Below, piece by piece: positions 30,081 to 40,421 of a stretch of DNA of 64,000 nucleotides (position 1 is its first letter; every line of letters starts with the position of its first letter). The DNA comes from a virus, in the IMG/VR virus record IMGVR_UViG_3300017698_000036, positions 32,001-96,000 of that record; one strand, given 5' to 3'. The position numbers and the translations under genes were made by a program. The notes beneath the pieces are model-generated. The model searched no databases and was not told the origin of the DNA. It saw only the letters and a list, made by a program, of their open reading frames with translations.

Positions 30081-31787
30081 ATGCCGGCAAAGATAAAAAA
30101 AGAAGATTATGATATATTGTGTGAAGGTTTTAAGGGTGGTAACAAGATAGAGGTACTGTCTGGGTTCGATGAATATAAAAATCTAAAAACCAAACTTCGT
30201 TGTAGGTGCACCGTTTGTGGAAAAGAGCAGTTAAAAACCTTAGGCAAGTTGAAGATGGGTCAAGGTTGTGGTGAGAGGGTGTGTAAGGGAAAGAAGGTAG
30301 GGCTAAAAGGAAGACTGTCCAAAGGGAAGTATGACGAACGTTGTAGACAACATCGTGAACAGTTTGACATGTTAACACTTACGGAGTATAAAGATTTTAA
30401 ATCTGCAACGTCCAAAATACGATTAAGGTGTGAGGTGTGTGGGGAAGAACAGGATAAGAGATTCGCAGACTTAACCAGATACGGATGTAATAGTAAAGCC
30501 TGTCGAAATAAAGACAAAATGGGCCCACTACGTTCAGAGGGGAAGTTCGATGAGTGGAAAAATCAGCTTGAACTGAAGGAGGCCCTACGTATTCAGACTC
30601 CCTTTTCTGACGTCACCAAGACAACAGATAGGGTGGAGGTGTATTGTGGTGAATGTAAAAAGACTTCCATCAAGACAATAAAGTTATTACGTAGTGGGGC
30701 GGGCTGTATGTACTGTGCTAATATACGTAGGGGTAATCATGGAAGAAAAACTAAGTCTGAATTTATGGAAGAAGTTCGTAAGGCACAGAGAGATTTGGGT
30801 ATAAGTATTTTAACGAAATATAGTGAATATACCACCAAGGCCTCCAACGTTAATGTTGAGTGTATTAAGTGTGGTAGAGTTCATAAAAAGAGTATGGACA
30901 GTATATGTAGAGGACACGGATGTCGTTATTGTTCAACTTCAGGGCCCAGTAAGGGTGAAACAGAAATATATGACTTGGTACATGGTTTGTTTCCAGACAC
31001 AGTCCAGGGTGATCGCACTGTATTAAGTGGTAAGGAGATCGACGTTTATGTACCAAGTAAAAACATCGGTATAGAATATAACGGTCTGTATTGGCACAGT
31101 GAAGAATACAGGGACAAGAAATACCATATTGATAAGTGGAAAAAGACTTCAGATAATAACATACACTTGATTCAAATATTCGAGGACCAATGGCGAGACA
31201 GACGAGATATAGTGGAATCTATTATAAAGAATAAGTTAGGTTTAACCGAAAATAGTATATATGCTAGAAAAACTAAAGTTAGATTATTGGAATCGAAAGA
31301 AGAACGATCTTTGGCCAAAATATTTATGAATGATAACCATCTCGACGGTCACACTAACTTCCACTTCGCGATTGGTCTATTCTTAAACGACGAAATGGTA
31401 CAGTGTATCACCGTCAGGAAGCCGTTTACGTCAAGGTATAGTGGTTATTATGAGATTGCACGTCTGGCCAGTAGGTTGGATACGGTGGTGATAGGTGGGT
31501 TTAGTAGGTTAATGAAATATGTTAAGGAGAGGGCTATAGACGAACAATCTAATGGTCTTTTGACGTACGCCGATTTAAAGTTAGGTACTGGTAAAGTATA
31601 TTTAGACTATGGCTTTGAGTATATTGGTGATACACTTGGTGAGTATTGGTATACCGATAGTTTCGTGAGATACAATAGGTTTAAATACAGGGCCACAAAG
31701 GAACTTACAGAAAAACAAGTTGCAGAAAAGAATAATGTAAAGAAAATATATGGCGTAGGCTCCTCAAGATATATTTTAAACTTCTAA
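30081..31787 (+). CDS. Free-standing homing-endonuclease-like protein (four Zn-ribbon repeats + PD-(D/E)xK nuclease + C-terminal GNAT-like domain)
   Basis: Repeated CxxC...GC units; SKGE...EIDVYVPSKNIGIEYNGLYWHS; YEIARLAS...GGFSRLMKY...TYADL. Confidence 0.75.
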   Translation: MPAKIKKEDYDILCEGFKGGNKIEVLSGFDEYKNLKTKLRCRCTVCGKEQLKTLGKLKMGQGCGERVCKGKKVGLKGRLSKGKYDERCRQHREQFDMLTLTEYKDFKSATSKIRLRCEVCGEEQDKRFADLTRYGCNSKACRNKDKMGPLRSEGKFDEWKNQLELKEALRIQTPFSDVTKTTDRVEVYCGECKKTSIKTIKLLRSGAGCMYCANIRRGNHGRKTKSEFMEEVRKAQRDLGISILTKYSEYTTKASNVNVECIKCGRVHKKSMDSICRGHGCRYCSTSGPSKGETEIYDLVHGLFPDTVQGDRTVLSGKEIDVYVPSKNIGIEYNGLYWHSEEYRDKKYHIDKWKKTSDNNIHLIQIFEDQWRDRRDIVESIIKNKLGLTENSIYARKTKVRLLESKEERSLAKIFMNDNHLDGHTNFHFAIGLFLNDEMVQCITVRKPFTSRYSGYYEIARLASRLDTVVIGGFSRLMKYVKERAIDEQSNGLLTYADLKLGTGKVYLDYGFEYIGDTLGEYWYTDSFVRYNRFKYRATKELTEKQVAEKNNVKKIYGVGSSRYILNF

Positions 31788-31916
31788 TAAGAAAATCATA
31801 GTACATATATATAGGGGTTTTAGTCACTTACTGTATGACTGTATATATCGATCTATAATAAAACTCACAGAATACAAAAAACGAATAATTAGGGGATGTA
31901 TATAGGAGAAGTGTGT

Positions 31917-33092
31917 ATGACTAAATTTCATAAACTGTGGGAAAATCATAAATTCGAATCTACCGAAAACGACAGTGACTGTCCATGTAAGATAGATACC
32001 GACAACCTGTTTGAACGTAAGAAGTCGCCTACCGAGATAATGTACCACGGTACCAGTAGCAATTTCTTGGATAGTGTATTATCACAAGGTCTAATTCCTA
32101 ATCCACCTAAGAGGTATTGGGATGATGGTGGAGATAAACCAGATCATCTCCCCGCAAATGTGATGCCAGACACTACGGTGGGAGGGGTGTATTTCTCCAG
32201 TTCCATATCAGCTGCAAATAACGCCGCAGAAGACTCGGCTGAAAAATTCGGTGGTACACCCATGATCGTAATAGCCCAGATTCAGAGAAAGAGTGCATAT
32301 GCAGATGAGGATGATATGTCTTTTGGACTTTTAAGTTTGATAGACGAGTTAAAGAGGGATGTTAAGATTTTACGTGGTGGAAGTGAAGTAAGTCAGAACA
32401 ACTATCTGTTTGGTTATATAACGGCTCTTGGACAAGATGCCTCATATATATATGATACGTATGCTAAGTTAATCAATGATAAGTATGGTAATGAGAAAAC
32501 ACCACCCGATCTAGATGGTGCATCCCTGGCCCTCAACGCCATACTCTATTCAATGTTTTCAAAATCTGGTAACTACGAAAAGAGACTGTTTGATGACGGT
32601 TTCAGTGATGGTTACCACAGGTTGAACAAAGAGGATCCTACGCGTAGACAGTTGAGAAAGGCGAGACCTGAGATTGACACTCGGTCAGCCTACCAGCTGT
32701 GGATAAAGGCTCAAGATAGGCTGACTAGAAGGTACAAAAATATAGCTACCAATTATGCAGACCATGGGGGATCGTCCACTCTAAGGTTGATGGAACCCGT
32801 TGATTATAGTGGTTCAAACAAGATTATCGGCATTATAACGATACCTGAACGTGGTAAACTACAATTGGAGTATGGAGCCGTACCAGATTCCATGAGTAAT
32901 GAACTTAGAAGAACGTTCGGTGAGTATGAGATAGTGTCAGATGAACAGTTAGATGAGTTTAGTGCTGCCGGAGCTGGGGCAGTATCCGGAACACCAGGAC
33001 CGTTAGGAAGTCCTGGAAAGTGGGTGACTAAGAAAGAACGTGATGAATATAATAAAAAGGTAACCAATTCCAAACTTATTAAGGGGAAGTAA
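31917..33092 (+). CDS. Putative ADP-ribosyltransferase-fold protein
   Basis: MYHGTSSNFLDSVLSQGL and GVYFSSS ART motifs; start at ATG 31917 after AGGAG, in frame with track ORF 31896. Confidence 0.6.
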   Translation: MTKFHKLWENHKFESTENDSDCPCKIDTDNLFERKKSPTEIMYHGTSSNFLDSVLSQGLIPNPPKRYWDDGGDKPDHLPANVMPDTTVGGVYFSSSISAANNAAEDSAEKFGGTPMIVIAQIQRKSAYADEDDMSFGLLSLIDELKRDVKILRGGSEVSQNNYLFGYITALGQDASYIYDTYAKLINDKYGNEKTPPDLDGASLALNAILYSMFSKSGNYEKRLFDDGFSDGYHRLNKEDPTRRQLRKARPEIDTRSAYQLWIKAQDRLTRRYKNIATNYADHGGSSTLRLMEPVDYSGSNKIIGIITIPERGKLQLEYGAVPDSMSNELRRTFGEYEIVSDEQLDEFSAAGAGAVSGTPGPLGSPGKWVTKKERDEYNKKVTNSKLIKGK

Positions 33093-33095
33093 TAG

Positions 33096-34394
33096 ATGTC
33101 ATATGTAGATACAGTACCAAGCAGTAATATCCCGAAAATAGTATTACCGAGTCAAGGAGTGCTCGTTAATGTTAATAAGGTTTCTGACCCTCTACCCTTC
33201 TCTCTTTATACGGACGATCAATACTTTCTAGAGGGTTGTGTAGATCAGGTATCATACACGTTTGATAGATTGGGTGGTAGAACGTTGGATATAGAAATCA
33301 GTGAACATGATGTATATTCTCACTACCAAGCTGCATGTATGAGATACTCCTACCTGGTAAACTATCATCATGCAAAAAGTATATTGGGAAATGTATTGGG
33401 TACGACACAGGGATCCTTTGATGAAGAAGGTAATCTGACCCCTGATAGTGATATTCCCGCTGGAAGTCATGTAGAACTTACGTACCCAAAGAACACTCTA
33501 AACGCCGCTAGAAGGATAGGTGAAGCTCTTGCAACCGAGGCCATGGTTGGTGGGTATACTGAAGTATATCGTACTGGCTTTGAGTTGGTTGGAGGACAGC
33601 AGGACTACGATCTCCAGGCTATAATCAAAGAACAGTCAGAGACCGACGATACGACTTCTTTCTATGGTAAAATAACCGACGGTGTAAACAACAAGATAAT
33701 CATTCGTAAAATATATTATAAGTCACCAATGGCCAGCTGGAGATTCTATGGTTATTTTGGTGCAGGACTAACTGTAATGGGAAACCTGTCTACCTACGGT
33801 CAATGGGCCGACGACTCACAGTTCCAGGTAATACCGGTATGGCAGAATAGATTACAAGCGATGGCCTACGAAGACAGCTTACATGTACGTCTAAGTCACT
33901 ATTCGTACGAGATAAAAAATAACAAAGTTCGTCTTTATCCTATTCCAGGAGGTTTGGCACCAACCAAGATGTATGTAGAGTTTACAATATCGGAAAGTCC
34001 ATGGGGTGAATCTGGTGATGAAGATACCGACGGTACTAGTGGTGTAGGTGGAATCAATAACGTCAACACTCTACCCTTCGAGAATATACCATTCCAGAGT
34101 ATCAACTCGATGGGTAAGGAGTGGATTCGTAGATTCGCCTTAGCATTGTCTAAAGAGGATCTTGGGTATGTACGTACCAAGTTTAATCAGATTCCATTCC
34201 CCAATCAGCCTTTGGTGCTCAATGGTGAAAGGATGTTGTCTGATGCTAAAGATGAACAACGAGAACTGACAGACGAACTTATACAGGTACTGGAAGATAC
34301 TCAATACGATTCTTTGTTGGAGAGAGAGAAAAACGCGACTGATAACGCTCAAAGTATTATGAGTCGTATTCCCATCCCAATATTTGTAGGATAA
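33096..34394 (+). CDS. Neck/head-completion protein (gp13-like)
   Basis: Position before the gp14/gp15-like genes; WIRRFALALSKEDLG..R.KF...LNGE pattern. Confidence 0.7.
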   Translation: MSYVDTVPSSNIPKIVLPSQGVLVNVNKVSDPLPFSLYTDDQYFLEGCVDQVSYTFDRLGGRTLDIEISEHDVYSHYQAACMRYSYLVNYHHAKSILGNVLGTTQGSFDEEGNLTPDSDIPAGSHVELTYPKNTLNAARRIGEALATEAMVGGYTEVYRTGFELVGGQQDYDLQAIIKEQSETDDTTSFYGKITDGVNNKIIIRKIYYKSPMASWRFYGYFGAGLTVMGNLSTYGQWADDSQFQVIPVWQNRLQAMAYEDSLHVRLSHYSYEIKNNKVRLYPIPGGLAPTKMYVEFTISESPWGESGDEDTDGTSGVGGINNVNTLPFENIPFQSINSMGKEWIRRFALALSKEDLGYVRTKFNQIPFPNQPLVLNGERMLSDAKDEQRELTDELIQVLEDTQYDSLLEREKNATDNAQSIMSRIPIPIFVG

Positions 34395-34400
34395 TAAGTC

Positions 34401-34904
34401 ATGACTGATGAAAATAAGTGGGTTTTACCTGACAATAATGAAGTCAATTCCCCAATGTTTGCAGGGGAGAAAGAAAGAAACTTTCAGAAACAAGTAAACG
34501 AGGAAATGGTCGAAACGGTCATGAATCAATTGGTTATATATTATCCAATAGACCATGACGCGACCAACTATCATCCGGTATATGGTGAATCCATCAATAA
34601 GACCTTTTTTCCACCCGTGAGAGTTATGTGTGTGGTTGAGTGGATGGGTGAAGAGACCACCACGGACGTTTTCAATATAGACAAAATACCAAAGGTACGT
34701 ATATATTTCGCTCATAGGAGATTAACTGAAGATCAGGGGTTGATGGTTCGCGAAGGTGATTTTGTTAAATATGGTCGCGACTTTTATGAGATCGTAAAGT
34801 TGAATGAAGACCAGGAACTGTATGGTACGTTTAAATATAAGGTTGAGATTGTGGCAGATTGTGTGAAGGCAAGAAATGGTGTCTTTGACGTAGAAGAGGT
34901 TTAA
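34401..34904 (+). CDS. Neck protein (gp14-like head-tail connector)
   Basis: NEEMVE...YYPID...HPVYGES; VREGDFVKYG..FYEI; synteny. Confidence 0.65.
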   Translation: MTDENKWVLPDNNEVNSPMFAGEKERNFQKQVNEEMVETVMNQLVIYYPIDHDATNYHPVYGESINKTFFPPVRVMCVVEWMGEETTTDVFNIDKIPKVRIYFAHRRLTEDQGLMVREGDFVKYGRDFYEIVKLNEDQELYGTFKYKVEIVADCVKARNGVFDVEEV

Positions 34905-34905
34905 T

Positions 34906-35766
34906 ATGACATATTCGAATGATATAGAGTACAATAGACGAGTGGTCCCTACGGAGGGGGATGATGTAGTTGATAATCTACCAATGAAAAAGACGGATAT
35001 GCCCTCCTTCGAATACTTTGATGGGGCTATGCTGAACTGGGTTAGGGATTTACACATATTCAGTGATACAAACAGGGGTTTTAAAGAGGTCCCAGTTATG
35101 TGGTATGGGTCCGAGAGAGCTTTTCAGATTAAGAAGGAAAAACAGTTACGAGATCGTTCTGGTTCCCTGATATTACCCATCATAACTGTAGGTAGGACTG
35201 GTTATAAGAAGAATCCATCCGTCAAGGGTATATATTGGGCCAACATCCCTGCAGTTCGTGACTTTATGGGTGGTACCATCACCGTGGGTAAGAAGATTAA
35301 ACAAAAGAAAACGTCTGAGTTCAACAATAATAAGACTCTTCAAAAGACAGGACAGTTAAATTATAAGTTCACAGATCCAGACGAAAAACCACTGTATGTA
35401 TACGAGACTCAGAATATACATATACCGGTGTATGTGGAAACTTATTATGAGATAAACATCTGGACTAGTTATCAACAACAGATGAATGAGATTGTACGAC
35501 CTTTCCTTACTAATGCTCAAGTGGGAAACTTGAACTATTTCACTATTGAGAATATGGGCTATAGATTCGAAGCGTTTATGGATGGTGATTTTGTTGAGGA
35601 TAATAATGTTGCTTCGTTGAATGAAGAGGATAGAAGGTATAAGACGAAGATCAAGGTTAACGTATTGGGTTACATAATTGGTGAAGGTAAGAATGAAGAT
35701 CAACAACATGTACCAAAAAGAGAGAGTATTACAAAAGTAAAGTTTGGTTTTGAATCAATAGAGTAA
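34906..35766 (+). CDS. Tail terminator/completion protein (gp15-like)
   Basis: VPVMWYGSER...LILPIITV...YEINIWTSYQQQMNEIV; directly before the sheath gene. Confidence 0.7.
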   Translation: MTYSNDIEYNRRVVPTEGDDVVDNLPMKKTDMPSFEYFDGAMLNWVRDLHIFSDTNRGFKEVPVMWYGSERAFQIKKEKQLRDRSGSLILPIITVGRTGYKKNPSVKGIYWANIPAVRDFMGGTITVGKKIKQKKTSEFNNNKTLQKTGQLNYKFTDPDEKPLYVYETQNIHIPVYVETYYEINIWTSYQQQMNEIVRPFLTNAQVGNLNYFTIENMGYRFEAFMDGDFVEDNNVASLNEEDRRYKTKIKVNVLGYIIGEGKNEDQQHVPKRESITKVKFGFESIE

Positions 35767-35852
35767 TTAATAATTAAACATCGAAAAACATAAAGATGTG
35801 TAATTATAGAAGAGATTGAAAAGACGTATTTACTATTAAGGAGATATAATAA

Positions 35853-38800
35853 ATGAGTGTAGATAAATTTAAATTTATATCACCCGGTGTTCAAACAGCT
35901 GAGATTGATAACAGTGCTTCACCTACCATTGGTGACGGTGTAGGCCCTCTAATTATCGGTAGAGCCAAGCGTGGTCCTGTTATGACACCCATCAAACTAA
36001 GATCACAATCTGAGTTTGTGGAGATATTTGGAGAACCCGTTTCTGGAACAGCCAGTGGTGATGTATGGAGAGAGGGAGATATCCTTTCACCTATGTATGG
36101 AGCGTACGCCGCATATGCATACCTCAAAAACGTATCTCCGGTAACGTATGTAAGATTGGCAGGTTGGGAACATCCTGACAGAACAGACTCTTTCGGAGAG
36201 GCCGGTTTTAAAACCACATACACTGAATTATCGGAAAACACTGTAGCTTCCTTAGCCGCAGACGATACTAATGGTGGGGCCTACGGTTTGTTCGTAATGG
36301 ACAAATTTTCAACTCCAGTATCGAGTTCATTTGCAGACGTTACGGTAACTGCAACACCTACAGCTCCAGCCCTTACTGGTACCAACATTAGTATCGTAGA
36401 GGCCTCATCTGGTGTCGTTGCAAATAGTATCTTACAAGTTAAGATTGAAACCGCGGTAACCTCATTTGTATATTCTACCGATGGTGGGTCAACGTTTACA
36501 GGCGTGGCAGTTCCCTTTGTGGCAGATACACCCATACAGATAGGGACTACGGGTCTGTATGTTACATTTACTGGTAGTTATACTCTTGCTGACACCTTTG
36601 GTGTACATATGCAGAACAGTGACATGGTTCTGGCTGCAAAATTCTACTGTAATGATGGAGCAATGGCCCTTAAGGGTGATCTGATTGGTGGAACTACCCC
36701 TACCGACAGTACAAGCGCTGCAGGTCTTATTGACTCTGTTGGTTCTAACTATGAATTTGATCTTAAAGTATATGACTCTGACTGGAACAATGCTGGTACA
36801 GAGGACACTGATGCTGAGTTAGAAACTATTAGATTTAACTTTAACAGATCTTCAAGTAGATATATTAGAAAAGTATTCAGTACTAATCCCACTCTTACTA
36901 ACTCTGAAATTACTACGGCCTCTAATGTTAAGTCCTACTGGTTGGGAGAGTCATATGACCAATTCCTAACTGACTCTCTTACCGGTTCCACTGGTGTAGG
37001 TAGTCAAGTGGCCACCCTTCTTAAGATCGAATCTGATACTGATATCGTAGGAAGCGGAGCGGATTATAGATTCGCCGCTCAAGATGCAGAGTCCGGTTGG
37101 GTATTTGCACAGGACTTCAGTGCTGACTACACCCTGTACAATCCAGACAGTATGCAAAAACTCTTTAAGATTTATTCTAGAGGAGACGGTGACTGGGCAG
37201 GTAAAAACATTAAGGTTTCTTTTGATAACATCAGATACTCTTCATTCTCCAGTGATCCATACGGCAAGTTCGATGTATTGGTAAGAGATGCAAGCGACAC
37301 TGACAAGAAGATGAAAGTACTAGAGACTTTCGCTCAATGTACATTAAACCCCAACGACCCTAACTACGTAGCTAGAAAGATTGGTAATAGATACATGACT
37401 TGGGACTCTACTAACCTTAGATACAAACCCTTTGGTAGGTTTGAGAATAGATCTAAGTTTATTCGTCTTGAGATGGATCAAGATGTTGACACTGGTGCTC
37501 ATAACCAATACTGTCTCCCATGGGGATATTATGGTAAGCCAGTATATGCCAACATTACTATTGATACTACCGCCGCAGGTACTATTAACTTTACAGGTAA
37601 TCACTTTGTTAGAGGTGGTAACACCACTACATCGTATCTACCATTCGCCACTGAAACTACTCCCGGTACTTTGGACGTCGACAGTGTAGAGATTCTCTCC
37701 ACTCTTAAAGACGCCGTAGTTAAACTTAGAGATGACAGTGTTGATGGTAATATAATCAACTATAAAAAGGCCTTCTGGGGTCTGTATACTAATAGAGACA
37801 GTAGCGATAAGTTCGATACATCCTATTATGATTTGGTAAGAAGTAAGTCCACCATGGCTAACGCTACAGGCGGTACTGCTTCCGGTATGAAGTTCTCTCA
37901 CAAGTTTACTTTGGATGATACTAGATATTATAATCCTGGAGTATCTGGAAGTGCGATTAGAGCTACATACGCTTCTGGAAACAGGGTAGCCGGTGATTCC
38001 ATTTCCGCGGGTGAGAATGCAGATGGTACTACATCTTCACCAACATACACAAGAGTGGTAGACGCAGGATACGCAAGGTTTACAGTTGAACTCTACGGCG
38101 GTTTCGACGGTAGAGACGTTAAAGAAAAAGATCCATTTAGAAATGAAAGACTTTCTAAAAATGGTGGTTCTGAACAACTCAACTATGCAATGTACTCTGT
38201 TAACACTGCGTTAAATATTGTATCAGATTCAGACTTGGTAGAATTCAACCTGTTGGCCGTTAACGGAATTACCAACAATGAAGTAAATACTAAGATGATC
38301 GACATCTCAGAGACTAGAGCCGACTGTTTTGCAGTTATCGATACTGAAGGACAGTACGTACCTTCCCATGAGAATAACTCGGCCGAGACCAGTAGGGTTG
38401 GTTCCGTGTCTGGGGCCGTGAATGCTCACCTGGCCAACGATATTGATACTTCGTATGCCGGAGCATATTTCAACTGGCCACAGATTGTTGATGGTAACAA
38501 CAACAGTGCGTTAATCTATATGCCACCTAGTGTAGCTGCAGTTGATACATATGCGATGTCTCAAAGGTTAACCGAGATCTGGATGGCCCCTGCAGGATTT
38601 ACTAGAGGTAACCTGACTAGTGGAAATACTGGTTTGAATTATGTAGACCTTCTGTTCACTCTCAACAAGGATGATCGAGATGAATTGTACGAGGCCAACT
38701 TAAACCCCATCACTAAGAGATCCGACGGAATTCAAGTGTATGGTAATAAGACCTTAGAACAATCTCAGACCGTTCTGTCTAGAGTTAACGTACGAAGGAT

Positions 38801-39095
38801 GTTAATTTATATCAAGAAAGAGATTTCTAAAATGGCTAATACGGTTCTGTTTGATCCCAATGTGGATGTTACATGGAACAGATTCACCAGTAAGGTAGAA
38901 CCTTTCTTGGCGGGTGTTAGAACCGGTTTAGGTATAGAGAATTATAAAGTAACTCTTAACAGAAGTACAACCACTCCCGATCTAGTTGATAGAAATATCA
39001 TTTATGGAATAATTAAAGTTAAACCTGTACAGGTAGTAGAGTATATCGCTCTCGATTTCGTAATTACCAATGCCGGTGCAGCCTTTGATGATTAA
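35853..39095 (+). CDS. Tail sheath protein (gp18-like)
   Basis: FISPGVQTAEID N-terminus; WMAPAGFTRG, YGNKTL...SRVNVRRMLIYIKK and EYIALDFVIT sheath motifs. Confidence 0.93.
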   Translation: MSVDKFKFISPGVQTAEIDNSASPTIGDGVGPLIIGRAKRGPVMTPIKLRSQSEFVEIFGEPVSGTASGDVWREGDILSPMYGAYAAYAYLKNVSPVTYVRLAGWEHPDRTDSFGEAGFKTTYTELSENTVASLAADDTNGGAYGLFVMDKFSTPVSSSFADVTVTATPTAPALTGTNISIVEASSGVVANSILQVKIETAVTSFVYSTDGGSTFTGVAVPFVADTPIQIGTTGLYVTFTGSYTLADTFGVHMQNSDMVLAAKFYCNDGAMALKGDLIGGTTPTDSTSAAGLIDSVGSNYEFDLKVYDSDWNNAGTEDTDAELETIRFNFNRSSSRYIRKVFSTNPTLTNSEITTASNVKSYWLGESYDQFLTDSLTGSTGVGSQVATLLKIESDTDIVGSGADYRFAAQDAESGWVFAQDFSADYTLYNPDSMQKLFKIYSRGDGDWAGKNIKVSFDNIRYSSFSSDPYGKFDVLVRDASDTDKKMKVLETFAQCTLNPNDPNYVARKIGNRYMTWDSTNLRYKPFGRFENRSKFIRLEMDQDVDTGAHNQYCLPWGYYGKPVYANITIDTTAAGTINFTGNHFVRGGNTTTSYLPFATETTPGTLDVDSVEILSTLKDAVVKLRDDSVDGNIINYKKAFWGLYTNRDSSDKFDTSYYDLVRSKSTMANATGGTASGMKFSHKFTLDDTRYYNPGVSGSAIRATYASGNRVAGDSISAGENADGTTSSPTYTRVVDAGYARFTVELYGGFDGRDVKEKDPFRNERLSKNGGSEQLNYAMYSVNTALNIVSDSDLVEFNLLAVNGITNNEVNTKMIDISETRADCFAVIDTEGQYVPSHENNSAETSRVGSVSGAVNAHLANDIDTSYAGAYFNWPQIVDGNNNSALIYMPPSVAAVDTYAMSQRLTEIWMAPAGFTRGNLTSGNTGLNYVDLLFTLNKDDRDELYEANLNPITKRSDGIQVYGNKTLEQSQTVLSRVNVRRMLIYIKKEISKMANTVLFDPNVDVTWNRFTSKVEPFLAGVRTGLGIENYKVTLNRSTTTPDLVDRNIIYGIIKVKPVQVVEYIALDFVITNAGAAFDD

Positions 39096-39103
39096 GATTT
39101 GAT

Positions 39104-39130
39104 GGGGGGTCTTTGACCCCCCTCTTCTTA
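39104..39130 (+). terminator. Intrinsic terminator after the sheath gene
   Basis: GGGGGGTC-TTT-GACCCCCC hairpin followed by TCTTCTTA. Confidence 0.7.
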
Positions 39131-39151
39131 TACAATATATTATAGTAGAAT

Positions 39152-39802
39152 ATGCATATACATAAAATCTGTTCAACATGTAAGGAAGATAAACCAGCCA
39201 GCGAGTTTGGTAAAGATAAAAGACTCAAAAGTGGTTTAACCTCTCAATGTTACACCTGTAAAAGATTGTCTGAGAAAAAATACAGGGTCTCTGAAAAGGG
39301 TCAAAAAAGTAAAGCTGAGTATCGTACAAAAAATAGAGAACGAATAACTAGAAAGAACAAAGAGTGGTATATCGCTAATAGAGAACATGTAATATATAGA
39401 GTTACAGAGTATGAAAGGAATAACATTCAGGTTAGACTAAGACACAATATTTCGAAAAGAATCTCTATGGGATTAAAGAAAGACGGTTTTAAAAAAGACA
39501 AGTCTGTTATTGAGTATGTTGATTATAGTATGAATCAATTGGTTGAACATCTTGAGTTTCAATTTGAAGATTGGATGAATTGGGATAATTACGGTAATGG
39601 TGATGGATGTTGGTCGTTGGATCATATTATTCCTCAATCACGTTATGACTTCACGAACGATTTAGAGATTAGTTTATGTTGGAATCTTAGAAACTTAAGA
39701 CCTTTGAGTCATAAAGAGAATATTACTAAGAATGCCAAGTTTGATTTATTATTAATAGAAAAGTATGGTATTAGTGATTTACTACCAGGTAGGGATCGTT
39801 AA
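39152..39802 (+). CDS. HNH homing endonuclease with N-terminal Zn finger, between sheath and tube
   Basis: KICSTCKEDK...QCYTC; WSLDHIIP...NLRNLRPLSHKENITK. Confidence 0.85.
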   Translation: MHIHKICSTCKEDKPASEFGKDKRLKSGLTSQCYTCKRLSEKKYRVSEKGQKSKAEYRTKNRERITRKNKEWYIANREHVIYRVTEYERNNIQVRLRHNISKRISMGLKKDGFKKDKSVIEYVDYSMNQLVEHLEFQFEDWMNWDNYGNGDGCWSLDHIIPQSRYDFTNDLEISLCWNLRNLRPLSHKENITKNAKFDLLLIEKYGISDLLPGRDR

Positions 39803-39826
39803 AAAGTCCTGAAGAAGGAGAACGTT

Positions 39827-40390
39827 TTGAGTTTCTGGACAGACGAAAGAAATATAATTGAACCAAAAAGAAAAAATAGATGGGTTCTTATTATCAATAA
39901 TATCAAAGCCTACACATGTCTTAAGGCTGGTAAGCCGAAATATGAACAAGGTAAGGCCGAGCATAACTATATGGGTCACACCTACTACTTCCCCGGATCT
40001 ATCAAGTGGCAGCCCTCCGAGGTTACTGTTGTAGACCCTGTTGATGATCCTGCAACAAAAAAGTTGGTAGAGATTATAGAGAGATCCGGTTATCATCCAC
40101 TTAAAGACGTTAATGACTATGGTTTTGTATCTAAGAAAAAAGCCGTTGAAGAGTTGGGTCTCGTTAGATTGATGCAGATTGACGCAGTGGGTAATCCCGT
40201 TGAAACTTGGACGTTACATAATGCCTGGATTGAGAATGTTGACTTTGGTGACCTGGACTACGAAGATGATGGTTTAGTACAAATTACATTTACCATCTCT
40301 TTCGATTGGCCAACCCTTGAGAACGGTGACGGAACTAGAAACTTCGACTTAGGTGGAAGTAATCCCGCAGATACAACCCTTACTTTATAA
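39827..40390 (+). CDS. Tail tube protein (gp19-like), TTG start
   Basis: EPKRKNRW, YFPGSIKWQP, ETWTLHNAWI..VDFGDLDY; AAGGAG SD before TTG. Confidence 0.88.
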   Translation: MSFWTDERNIIEPKRKNRWVLIINNIKAYTCLKAGKPKYEQGKAEHNYMGHTYYFPGSIKWQPSEVTVVDPVDDPATKKLVEIIERSGYHPLKDVNDYGFVSKKKAVEELGLVRLMQIDAVGNPVETWTLHNAWIENVDFGDLDYEDDGLVQITFTISFDWPTLENGDGTRNFDLGGSNPADTTLTL

Positions 40391-40421
40391 AATCCCACAG
40401 AATCCTTAAAACGAGGTTAAA

